A stretch of DNA of 56,244 nt, filler included, from Sluysia triapertura (lineage: Eukaryota): the NCBI GenBank assembly GCA_046118255.1. It is 4 parts of 4 records of this genome, joined end to end, with 100 filler letters (N's around TTAATTAATTAA, not from the genome) between each part and the next. Parts side by side here need not be neighbours in the genome. Positions count along the whole stretch, not along the records: positions 13,648 to 28,657 come from JBJNIA010241881.1; positions 28,758 to 44,063 come from JBJNIA010232010.1; 2 more parts are not named here. One strand, given 5' to 3'. Position numbers and translations under genes: made by a program. Below are positions 26,827 to 38,207 of this stretch, piece after piece. Numbering within the stretch: the stretch's first letter is position 1; each line of letters starts with the position of its first letter. A model generated the notes under the pieces. The model was given only the letters and a program-made list of their open reading frames with translations. It was not told where the DNA came from and made no database searches.

Positions 26827-27712
26827 ATGTTTTGTAAAGTTAGTGTAAGTGCCAAAATAAATTACGTTCTTCCAGATGTATCTGGATACAGTCAATGTGG
26901 TATTTATTTAAAGAAATAAATAAACTTTAAATCTCAAAAACAGAGTATCTAAATCTTTTCGAGTGGATTATAAAAATTTGATTCGGAAATTTTAAAGGTA
27001 TCATTTAGTACAAACAATGAACCTCTTAAAATGAAATCTTTTTCGATTTTGGTAGTTCATAACATGCAAACTACCAAAAATCTTCTAATAACAAGTTCGA
27101 TTATTACATTTTTGGTATTGATTCAGAATTTGAAATGTTTTGAGAAAGGTATTATTAGTAAAACCTATCGGTGTTAAAATTTTAACTGACGAGAATGGTT
27201 CTATTATTATAAAAGATGAAGAAGCATTCTATAAAATGAATAAACCACTTTTGTAATTTTAATATTACGTAGGTAAAAAATGAAAGTTTATATCCAATAG
27301 TTTATTTTGAGCTACTTTTCCAAAATACGAAATTATATTTCATGAACTGAGTATTTGTTTTTCTTACATCATACAATTATGGATTGTTTTATTCAATTAT
27401 TGTACATATATTAGTCTAATGGACAAATCTATTATTCATCTAGAAATAAGGCCAAATAATATTGATAAGTTCAATAAAATAGTAAAGATGTACAACTTTG
27501 AAAATATTTCTCAGTTTATTACTCCTACAAGGATTAAATGGAACAGTTTCTGTGAAGATTTCAGTATAAAACTATTAGCTGTCAAATTTGTAAATTTCAA
27601 ACGATTTGTTATAAAGTTCAATTTTAAGGTGTATTTTAGTTATCATGTGCTGGATCCTTCAATAATCTCTAAACTGGCTTCTTCGTTTTATGAAAAGTTT
27701 TATGAAAAATAA
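26827..27712 (+). pseudogene. Intronless, partly decayed ORF cluster of unknown origin (includes the 97-aa ORF 27419-27712)
   Basis: ATG at 26827 opens a coding-like frame with scattered stops (MFCKVSVSAKINYVLPDVSGYSQCGIYLKK*...), followed by MDKSIIHLEIRP...; no family recognised. Confidence 0.3.
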
Positions 27713-28581
27713 CACCATAAGTTTTATTTTAACTTGATTGTAAAATGCTTTAAGCCTGTTTCAGAAGCAATAAATAAACTAAGAAACCTTAAGTCTTATT
27801 TGAAATTAAGCCAGTGGCATGATTAATAATACAGTTTCAAGACATTAAACATAATTATATTAACATGAGATTATGTTTTATCCTGTTAAACGGATTTTTG
27901 TTTTATAATTTAAATATTGATGTGATGTCGATTGTAATAAGACTTATAAGCACAAAAACTAAACTTTTAAGTCCTTGTGATAATTATTGAAAGTGTTTTA
28001 AAGATACGTTCGTATGTAAAATGATTTTATGAAGAAAAATCTAGCCATACTTTTAAGACACAAGTTGATGTGAAATTTTTAATTCGTTTTTTCCAAAATG
28101 AAGTAGAAAAATCGAGTTTTCTGATTGTAGATAAGATCTTAATTCCTTTATCTTACTATCATTTTACTTCCATCATTAAATATTTAATCTACGTTTACAT
28201 GATTTTGGAGAATGTGTACAAATATATAACAAATTAATAACTGTATATAATAATGCAAGAATTTTATTAAAGATAATGTATATGAGAGTGTTGACAATAT
28301 ATGTCTATTCTGCGAGAATAAATGTCACTTAAAAGGTGAGTTCACCAACGTCTTGGTCTTACTGAGTTAACGGCCAAGCGTTGGATTTAAGTTAAAAAAC
28401 TCTATAAGTTAATGAAAATTTCTGGAGGTTTTAATTTTGCAATATAATGTTAATAAAATAATGATATCAATGAAATAAAATATCAAATAAAGATGTGATT
28501 TTGAGTAATAGATTTTATGGGCAATTTATTCAAGAATTTAAAAGATTTTATTTTATAATTTTAAAAATCCTATTATTAAAA

Positions 28582-28657
28582 TATATTACTTAGGTTTGTA
28601 TAATCAAACCTTTACAAAACAAGTATATTACTTAGGTTCACTTATTTGAACCTTTAC
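28582..28657. repeat. Tandem 34-bp hairpin units (42-bp period), truncated by the contig end
   Basis: TATATTACTT-AGGTTTG-tataat-CAAACCT-TTAC and TATATTACTT-AGGTTCA-cttatt-TGAACCT-TTAC. Confidence 0.85.
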
Positions 28658-28757
28658 NNNNNNNNNNNNNNNNNNNNNNNNNNNNNNNNNNNNNNNNNNN
28701 NTTAATTAATTAANNNNNNNNNNNNNNNNNNNNNNNNNNNNNNNNNNNNNNNNNNNN
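28658..28757. other. Artificial contig linker
   Basis: N44-TTAATTAATTAA-N44. Confidence 0.98.
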
Positions 28758-29888
28758 GTCCCTGAGACTATCGAATCCTTATATTTGGTTGTGGCTAGGG
28801 GAATTGTTAAGGTGACTTTAGTTGACACCGGCGCACCCTATTACATTCGTGTACATAGTTTTTCATCCCTACACTTAACGAAAGTACATAAGAAATGTGC
28901 TGTTCTAATAGAGGCTACGGAATATCCTACGTCAATAGCAATACTATTTCCTTTGCCTCTTTCAACATTCAAATCTTTCTTGCCTAATCTTTATAAGAAT
29001 GATATCACTAATTTGGAACGCTGGAAAAATGGGACTTCTTTTACTCATGTTCCCCCTATATTGGCTTGTGATGAGGAACGTCTCGTTTTTGTTTCTTTTT
29101 CATATGCGTTCGATTTTAAAGACCATCCTCACATTACACAGCTTACCTGTACGCCTTATTCAAAACAATTTCACACTAACATTAATATAAAACCACGTCT
29201 TCGTATAAGGAATTTTCTTAGAGATATTCAGGAGATGAAAGATTCCGATATCTCTGAAGCTAAGGACATAGATGACGTGCGTCCTTTTCTTTTGGGTCAC
29301 TTGCATGATAAGATCATGGTGTCGTTGAACCCATGTCTTGTTATTAAGACTATAGATCTGCCTTTTGGATGGCTTAAGGGAGTGATTAACCTGACTAATC
29401 ACAACCTTTTGTCTTATAATACCGATGACGTAATCCAGAGAGGACGTCAGACCTTTCGTTTATTGTATCCTGTTCCGCCACGAATGACGTGCATGAGGAT
29501 GGCCTCCGAGTTAATTCCTTTATTTAATCTCATTCGTGAAAAAGACACATCCTTCATTTCAAATTGTTCTAACCCTCCTCCTTCTCTTTTTTCTCCTCCT
29601 TCTACTTCTACTCTTTTTGATACTGTCGTGGCACTTCCAACAATCAAATCTTTGACTCCACCTCCATCATTATCACCATCATCATCCTCAGCTACAAAAC
29701 AATCGTCAACGAAACCACCGCCAGTGATACCATTACGGACTACGACAGCAACCTTATCACCACCATCGACTTCCTCCAATATTGAATCTATACCGAAATC
29801 TTCATTGATCACTAATCCAACTCTTCAGCACCATCGAAAGCGGCCATATTATTGGAATAATGAAAATGTTGACTTGGATGACTATTAA
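28758..29888 (+). CDS. 5'-truncated intronless orphan ORF (>=376 aa, Ser/Pro/Thr-rich C-terminus) at the 3' end of an LTR retrotransposon
   Basis: Frame is open from the contig edge (VPETIESLYLVVARG...) to TAA 29888; long and uninterrupted in very AT-rich DNA; about 120 bp upstream of a PPT/LTR. Confidence 0.75.
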   Translation, partial: VPETIESLYLVVARGIVKVTLVDTGAPYYIRVHSFSSLHLTKVHKKCAVLIEATEYPTSIAILFPLPLSTFKSFLPNLYKNDITNLERWKNGTSFTHVPPILACDEERLVFVSFSYAFDFKDHPHITQLTCTPYSKQFHTNINIKPRLRIRNFLRDIQEMKDSDISEAKDIDDVRPFLLGHLHDKIMVSLNPCLVIKTIDLPFGWLKGVINLTNHNLLSYNTDDVIQRGRQTFRLLYPVPPRMTCMRMASELIPLFNLIREKDTSFISNCSNPPPSLFSPPSTSTLFDTVVALPTIKSLTPPPSLSPSSSSATKQSSTKPPPVIPLRTTTATLSPPSTSSNIESIPKSSLITNPTLQHHRKRPYYWNNENVDLDDY

Positions 29889-29988
29889 TGGTGTATATAT
29901 CGCTAAATCGTATTATGATAATTCTATGATTACAGTATTATATCAATGATTATTATTTTATTTTTTTTTATATCGTCTTATGATTTTA

Positions 29989-30845
29989 GATTCGAGACGA
30001 ATCTTCCCTAATGGGGAAGTGATGTAAAGATTAAAAGATTTAAAAGCAAAAGGAAAAATAAAATCTAATTATAATTAAAAAGTACAAATAAGTTAATTAA
30101 AGAATATATTAATTATTTTATTAGATAAAAATTTTTTACAAAAAGATTATAAAATGTATACTAATTATTTTATCAGATAAAAATTTTTTAACTTTTAATT
30201 AACAGTACAAAGTGTATTAGATAAAAAATTTTTTAATCAAGACAAACTAAAATCTTTTAAAATTTAAAATCTAATTAAAAAATTTTACTAAATTAATAAC
30301 TATTTTACTAAAATTATCTTAATCTTTTAATTTTAATTTTTAATTATATCTAAATCTTTTAATTTAATCTAAAAACAAACATATATAAATAGACCTGCGA
30401 AAATCTTGGAACACTCGCACAAAAAAGTTAATTTTTTAAAAGTCTTTATAAAAGTCATTTTTTGCGAAAAAACCTGCTTGTCAGATTTGAAAATCTACTC
30501 GTGGAGAGCGCTGTATTATTTCAATTGGAAATTCCTGGTTCCTGCTTAATTTGGAAATTCGATTTCATTGGAAAAGCTTCCTGCTTAATTTTGTTTCGAT
30601 TTCATTGGAAAAGCTTCCTGCTTAATTTTGTTTCGATTTCATTGGAAAAGCTTCCTGCGTAATTTTGTTTCGATTTTATTGGAAAAGCTTTCTACTTAAT
30701 TTGGAAATTCGATTTTATTGTTGTGGACGAGACTCTTGATTATTTTGGAAAACAACTGAGGATAAATTTCAAAGATTTTCGTAAGCTATTTATTTTAAGT
30801 GATTCACAAGAATAATTGTGTTAAATTACACGTAAAATTACATAA
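29989..30845 (+). mobile_element. Ty3/Gypsy-like 3' end: pre-PPT hairpin, polypurine tract and 3' LTR
   Basis: GATTCG-aga-CGAATC followed by AATGGGGAAG|TGATGTAAAG (LTR start 30020 or 30023), TATATAAATAG near 30382 and an internal minisatellite. Likely end near ...AAATTACA(TAA) 30842-30845, which is uncertain. Confidence 0.65.
30521..30720. repeat. 37-bp minisatellite (~5 copies) inside the putative LTR
   Basis: Unit CGATTTCATTGGAAAAGCTTCCTGCTTAATTTTGTTT starts at 30560, 30597, 30634 and 30671, with 39-bp variants at the edges. Confidence 0.92.
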
Positions 30846-32001
30846 ACTCACACTCAAATATTACATTTGAGTTAAAATCCATTTTTAAAATATCTATATT
30901 AAAATATTAGGAGAAATCCTAAAATTGATTTAATTATTATTATTTATTATTTATTATTTGTTCGTACTTTTTGTATTGTTTGTGTTTTGTATTTAAACTT
31001 TTTCACTGTTTAGAATAAATTTTCATAGAACACGAAACGTGTTAACATTTGTTACTTAATTATTTAAAAAAGGGTAAAAGGTTTATAAAAGTTTATAAAT
31101 AAAATAGAGAAAAGTTTTGTTAATAACAACCCTCCATTTAAAGCATTCATTACTTAATTATTTAAAACAAAAGGAAGCAGTTTATAAATAACAGAGAAAA
31201 ATTTTGATTATAAAGACCCTCCATTTAAAGATTAGGAATCATCTTTCGCAGAATTAATTTCTAACCAATAACCAAGTCTTCTTTACGATTTAAATCTTGA
31301 GTTATTGGCGAACCCAGTAGGAATAATAAATTTATAATTGTTGAAACAAAGAAAAATTAGAACAATATTAATGAATACAAATTACAAAAACAAATATAAA
31401 TACTCATTGTTTTATAAAACTTTTGTAAAAAATTTTCAAATTTAAAACACCTAAATTACCTAAATTATCATTGAGATGAGGGCAACGTACTTTTACGTTT
31501 TTCGCAGTCTGTTACACAAAAAAAGGCGATAGCATATTTGTGTTAGAGAGCGGGTAGCGTATAAATAAGATGGGTATTGTATATGTGGTTTCTTTGTTTC
31601 ATTTTATCGAGTTAGTCGGTCTTTTATTGAATGACCAAACACTAGCAAGCTTCACCAAAATAAATGTATACTCACTATATATAAACGCAGCAAAGTGTAC
31701 TCACTTGTTAAAGTGTTAATTCTTCATTATTTTATCACATGACTACGTTATTTATTTAACTATTCATCAACTTATTATTCAATAGTAATTCAAATGTTTT
31801 TATAAAGATATGTTTGTCTTAAGTCCAGAAAATATCGCATTGTGGAATCCAAAAATATACAATGTAATAAAGAAATAAAAAACAAAATGCAAAAGGATCC
31901 ATAACACCAAAGTAATATTACAAATTCGAAATAAAAACAATTACGAATTCTGGAAACTATTTAAAACCATTTAGCACGACTAAATGATAGATCTATTATA
32001 A

Positions 32002-32276
32002 CAGGGGTGGCCAAGCTCCTTGATAGTGCGAGCCATTTTTCAAAATTTGAAACTTTTTCGCGAGCAGCAATTAAAAAAGTATGAAAAAAGGGTATTCGAT
32101 GGGTCATGTCATTTTTAACGCTGCATTTAGTCTTTCATATTTGTTGTCAGTAATATAAAAGACATTTTTAAAACACATACAGAACGATAATAATTTTTTA
32201 AAATATAATAACACAAAAATGAAAAGGGAACTCGAGAGCCACAAATAATCCTTCAAAGAGCCTCGGGCCACCCCTG
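32002..32276. mobile_element. hAT (Charlie-like) MITE
   Basis: TIRs CAGGGGTGGCC / GGCCACCCCTG; 8-bp TSD TATTATAA vs TATCATAA (7/8). Confidence 0.9.
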
Positions 32277-34332
32277 TATCATAATTAATATTACTTAATA
32301 TGTACGTTTATTTGAGAATTTTCACTTTACACAAGATAACAAAGAGTGAATACATTAAAGTTGTACACATTAAAAAGTGCTAAAATATTTGGGAATCTAT
32401 AACTGGATATTTCTTCAAAAGCACACTCAAATTCCTTTATTAGATCTTATCTTATCTTATGATTCTGCCGTTTACTTCTGAATCAGAAAATTACTGCTGC
32501 TACAACTAAGACTTTGTTCTTTGGAAAGTATTTTTGAAAACGAACTTTTACATAAAATAAATGTTGATATAAAATACATTTTCTTAAACGCATTAATTAT
32601 TTTCATAATTATTAATTATTTAAAGCATTACAGATATATTTGACAAATGCGTAACTAAAGTAATATCATAAAAGTTTAGATCAAAGTTTGCCTAATTGCA
32701 CAAAGCGTCAATAAATCTTATTTAATCGGAATAAACTTTTGACATAAAATTGAAATATTTGTTTTGATAAAATGTCTGTAGAAATCATAAAACCAACAAA
32801 ATCAAGTAATAGCATCAATTAACAATTTTAATATAATTAAATTTAAAATGTTAAAAACCTGTGGGAAATGATGATAAACTTGCCGTATTTCTTGAACCTC
32901 TTTTATTGTCTCTCGATGAAAAGTTAAATATTTATGATCATTTTCCAATGTCGTGTACGCTTTTTGCAAATTAGCCAATTTTGTCTTTTGTTTTGTTACT
33001 AAAAATGACTTCTTAAATTCAGATTTAACTAACTTTTATTCAATTCTTTAGCAGTACAATAATGTGAACTCGAATTCTAAATTGACAGTAAAATTTTCTT
33101 ATGAAAGAGTTATAATTATAAATACATACTAATCAAGAGGTAAGAATACTTACTTCGTATGTGTCTGAATTGTGCAAATACAAAAATTCCTTTATTTTTT
33201 CTTCATCATAATGAAACTAAATCAAATAATAAAATATAATATGCTAACTTTTGACATAACACCTTTTATTAGGTTATTACTGAGATGAGGATATTGTTTC
33301 TTTATAGCAAGAAACAAAATGCTACGCTTTTCCAAATCACACTCCATAAATTATCCCCTCATTAACAAATAAAATATTTATTCAAAAAAAGTGTATTAAA
33401 AAATTAGAACTAAATAAAAAAACTGCAACGTTACTAAAGATTATTAAGGGTTAAATAATTTTATATAATTATTAGGAATTTCCGTATACGAGAGTTAAAT
33501 TAATAAAACAAATAAAAATGAATCATCAGTAAAATTTATGATGCAGAAAATGAAAAATAAAATTTATATTTAGAAACTACGTTTAATGAATTCTGAAATT
33601 TTTACTTAATCAATACTTAACAATTTTATATTTTATTTAATTTTATCAAGAAACACCATTAATAATGTAATGAAAAAATCATTGTTATGTTATAGTTTCA
33701 TTGTTTTATACTTATAATTATGAAAATAAATGTAGTTATAAAAATTCTGTCTTCTCTTATTGTTGCATTAGAATTTTTCCATTTTGCTATCTTAAAAATA
33801 TCAAAAATTCTATTTTTATATTTGTTACGTCTTAAGATATCTTAGTTTAACTCCATTAACTATAAATTCAAGGCTCACTAAATAACAATGAAACTCAACC
33901 TCAATTATATTCTGTATAATGCAAATATCATAATCTGACAATTATGACGAATGAATCTAAACTAATTTTGCAATTATCAATTATCATGAACACATTCAAA
34001 ATAAATAAATATAATTATGTGCTGTTAAATATATATATCTCAAAGGTTACACAATTCGTATAGCACTAATCGCCGATGACAATCCAAAAGAAAATTAAAT
34101 TTTTAAAAAATATAATTGAAGTTATACTTCAGTTAAAATTATAAGTTCTAATTAAATCAAATCAAGTAGAATTATAATTTAAGATAATAATAAAATAAAC
34201 GATTACGTTTCTCATTGGTATTGAACCATTGCTGTCATCTTTATTACTGAGTTTTTAAAATCTTACAATTACTGCTTTTTATACTTTCTTATTATCCAAT
34301 CACTCTTGCATTTACAAGATATTTCCTCTTAT

Positions 34333-34905
34333 GCAAAATAAATCTGGAGTCCGTCCGACTAACTAGGTACGATTTATATCAAAAGATGACGTCCTAATTA
34401 GATTTAAAAAGATATTTAAACAGAGTTTAAAGGACTAATCTAAATGACTTGAACTAACTAGTTCCTTAAAAATTATAGTATAGTAAATGAGTAACTCTTA
34501 ACGTACTTGGTTAAACCAGCCTTCGTGCGGTCTGGTCAATAATAATATATATTAGGCTTTAAACCAGCCTTTTTACGGTCTGGTCAATAATTAGAGATTT
34601 TATAGAAAGACAAAAATAAATTTACCAAGAAAATTCCTATTAAACAAAAAATGTAAAATATAATTACAGACTAAATATAGCAAAGCAAAGTTAATTATTA
34701 TAATAATAATATGCAGTTTGCCAACTTAAGCTTATTGCTTAGTTGGAGTCAAATACAGATTTTAAAAAATGAAATTGACCTAGCCAGTTACGGTCTAGGT
34801 GTAAAAATTATTAACAGGATTTTAAGTAAGTAAATTTTAAAACCCTATTCTTACAATTAGGGATTTTATGAAATCTTATTTAAACAAAAATTACTTCTGC
34901 ATGGA
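34333..34905 (+). promoter_or_regulatory. Structured leader with three bulged hairpins upstream of an ATG (putative LTR end plus 5' leader), copy 1
   Basis: Hairpins at 34515-34536, 34563-34584 and 34778-34800, then AAAAATTACTTCTGC-ATGGA (ATG 34901). Same architecture on the minus strand at 43246-43820. Confidence 0.5.
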
Positions 34906-36464
34906 TATTTGATGATGAGTTGAATCCTGATTCCCAAAAATTTTGTGGACTTAATTCTTCTTTAATTTTCCTATGCTTGTGTTATGTTTACAAAAAATTC
35001 TTACCTTTTTATATTATTTTCATTTATGTGGGCGTTTGTTATTGGACATTTTAAAAATTAATTAGTTTAAACAAAAATTATAATATAATTAGTTTAAACA
35101 AAAATTATAATATTTTATTTTTATAAAAATTCTAATAATTTATAATAATTTTTAAAAATTTTAATAATTTATAATATTGATAATATTTTGGTATAACTTA
35201 CAAAATAATAAAATAATTATACAATAAAGTTTTAATAATATAATAAAAATTAATAAAATAAAATCAATTATAAATCAATTAAATCACTTATTATATCAAT
35301 CATAATAAATTATTATTGAAATTAAGTAATTCAGCCACCAAATTTCAGCCACCGCCTTGATGAATATTATGATAATTAAGATGCCAAATGCCAATGCCAC
35401 TGACCTTAACATAATAATAATTTGTAGTTTGGTTCTTTCATAGTCATTTAATTATTGTGTTACATTGGTTTAATTTCAGAGTTTAATTTTTGGGGTGAAT
35501 AATTATTGATACTAAATAAGAGAATTAAGATCAAATTTATATTTGATCAAGTGAATACTTAAGTAATTGAGATTCTTTTTAAGAAAATTAAATTGATATT
35601 TATTTTAAATAATTTAATAATTTTTTTAAGACGCAACATTACGAATTAACTTGCCCGATAGAACAGTTACTACGTCTCATCAATTTGCTCGATAACAGTA
35701 ATTATTTTCCGTTAGTAGTAATAATTTCGTTCGATAACAACTTCTTTTAACAATAACTTGATAACTATTGCTTTCCCTAGAAAAATAACTGTGCCGTTAG
35801 CATCACCCAAGTTTAACAAATCGATTATTATTGTGTTAAAATAGGCATTGCTATTTATACTGCTTTGTTAAATTGTGTTCAATAATTACAGCATGCATTA
35901 ATTTTACATGATACTACACAATTTTTACACATTATTAAATTTTTATCTATATCACTGATAACTGAATTTTAATTTTTATTAATCAATCTCAATTTAATCC
36001 TAATTTAATATGATTTCCTTAATATTCTAAATCTTATTTTTAAAATGATTTTGATCGAATATTACGCTCTTGAATTTTAATTTCATATTATTTTTATCTA
36101 ATCGTAATTTAGAATAATTTTATTTATTTAATCATCTGTATAATTTCGATTTAAATTGATTATTTCTTACTAAAGTTTAAATTTATATTACCTCTATGTA
36201 ATCTCAATTTAAAATAGTTATTCTATAGAAACATCGTGATCTCAAAATTGAACATTAAAATGATTTTAGATTATTAACATTGAGCATTACATTTACAATA
36301 AAAATAGAAAAATAATAAATTAACAAATATTAAATCAAAAAATAATCTATTTTCACAAATCACAATTTATCACAGTACAATAATGATAATAATAATACAC
36401 CAAAATAAGTGGCTAAAAACTCGTTACAAAAAAAGTACAAAATAATAATATAAAAATTATTATT

Positions 36465-36762
36465 AAGGGGGAATGTATTATAAACGATATAATAAAGTTC
36501 ACCAATAAAATTCACGAAAAATTCGATAGGTGGATATATAAATATAATATATAAAAGGACTCAATCATTCTACATGTTCAGTAGCTTTAATCTCCATCAT
36601 AGATTCGCAATGTTGATGGTCTCCGCGTGCTTTCTTGTGATACCAGTATGACAAGAACTCGAAGAGTATATTGAATAATGTACCAAGACCGGCGAAAATT
36701 AAATACTGCCAACTCTGAATAAAATGGTTTTATTTTTATATTTTATAACCGAAAACGCAACA
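36465..36762 (+). mobile_element. PPT plus short (~290 bp) LTR
   Basis: AAGGGGGAA|TG at 36465-36475, internal TATATAAAAGG and AATAAA, ending ...GCAACA at 36762. Confidence 0.55.
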
Positions 36763-36917
36763 GTGTACGTGCAACAATAATGACACGAGTCACCAAGACT
36801 ACTCCTAAATAGTGGATCTCATATCTCAACTAATAATCTACTTGTTACTGTGCAACTCATATTTTATAATCCGTAATCTTACGGCGGCATATAATTGGAT
36901 AACGAATCATACAAATA

Positions 36918-37030
36918 CAGTTGGGGCCAAATTATGAGACTAAAACAGAAAGAATGTTCATGGTGTTAACCTGCTACCCTGGCCTGGAAACTCTCCAGGT
37001 GAATTCCACAGAAAACCTGTGGGAGATTAA
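36918..37030 (+). mobile_element. Tc1-family fragment (same family as 1-282)
   Basis: TA|CAGTTGGGGCCAAATTAT end and frameshifted WPGNSP..NSTENLWE remnant. Confidence 0.75.
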
Positions 37031-37774
37031 TTTTAGTTTCACCAGAATTTTTTGGAGAAAGTAGTTATTTTCCGTATTTATACACTTCTTTAAGCAAACG
37101 AGATACGTATCTTTCCAAGAAATAAAACAGAACAGTAAAATATTAAGCCAATGTCAAAAAATATTTTAAACTGCAAATTTCATCCTTACAACCTTATTAA
37201 AAAATAAAATTTAATTTTTATATAATTTCTGATTGTTTAAAAACTCTTAGACAGTGTGTCAACGCGTTTGATTGGTTTGTAAAGGAAATAATAAAATTAA
37301 AATATAAAATTGTCAATCATTTGTGGCCGTGTTTCAATGACACAGACATTCATTACAATTGTGTTTATTTTCCATTTATTCAAATTGACTTATTTCGGTC
37401 TGGCTAATAAAATCAATGGACCGCAAATTGTTAAGAGGTCTTTTATAACCGTACTTGATTTTGACGATGATATAGAATGATTCTACATCGCATAAATTCA
37501 ATATCCATTGAGTATATTTATTTTATCTCTTTGTCTCAACGTATTCAATTAATTCTCATTGTTTCTTAATGCCCATCACTCAGCAGGCAGTGACTGCCAC
37601 AATTTTGCAATGTTATTATTCTTTCTAATATAAAACAACCTCGTACAACGTATGTAGCGTCTTTTTTAATTGTTTGAACTTGACTACAAATTCTTGGAGT
37701 GATACGGGTCAATTTTAGAGAGAATATTTATCAAATTATTTATATTCTTCAAGAATTAATATAAGTAAACAAAC

Positions 37775-37999
37775 AAGAGATTCAGTTAACTCCAGCTTAG
37801 CAACGAATATGACGATTATATCGCCGATTGCACTTGACATATACCAGAATGAGTTGACCAATGATTTCATACCGTCTGGAGCTTGATCGTACGAGAACAA
37901 TAGACCTGGGATGCTGACTAGAACTTCACCGACAGATATCAGTATGTACTGAGGAAATTGCCAGAATATTGATATTACACTACCGTTGTTGATTGTTAA
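37775..37999 (-). CDS. SLC15/PepT (POT/PTR2) oligopeptide transporter internal exon (TM10-TM11)
   Basis: tttcag|...|gtttgt, 225 bp, phase 0-0; SIFWQFPQYILISVGEVLVSIPGLLFSYDQAPDGMKSLVNSFWYMSSAIGDIIVIFVA matches PepT 'QIPQY....GEV..S..GLEFSYSQAP..MKS'. Confidence 0.92.
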
Positions 38000-38207
38000 C
38001 TGAAATTACACAAGCACTCTCGTGATTAATAAATCATCTGTTGATCTGATAATGTAGAAAAAGTATGTGGAAATTAAGAAACAAACAATTCTTCAAAGGT
38101 TTTTGCAGAACGTTTAAATTGTATTGATTCTTGATTTAAAAGATGTTCATAATTAAAGATATTAGAGATTTTAAAGTTACCAAAATATATGATTAATTTG
38201 AGATATA

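Noticed and set aside
28582-28657. CRISPR-like array (also the 37-bp repeat at 30521-30720)
   Set aside because: Eukaryotic context, no spacer-sized unique sequences and no cas genes.
28817-28835. LVDTGA as a retroviral protease active site
   Set aside because: No downstream hydrophobic-hydrophobic-Gly motif at the expected distance, no RT follows, and the ORF lies next to the PPT. Kept only as a note.
29160-29812. Antisense and alternate-frame ORFs overlapping the long ORF
   Set aside because: Shadow frames of the S/P/T-rich sense ORF in locally GC-richer DNA.
30462-30662. 66-aa ORF
   Set aside because: Translation of the 37-bp minisatellite.
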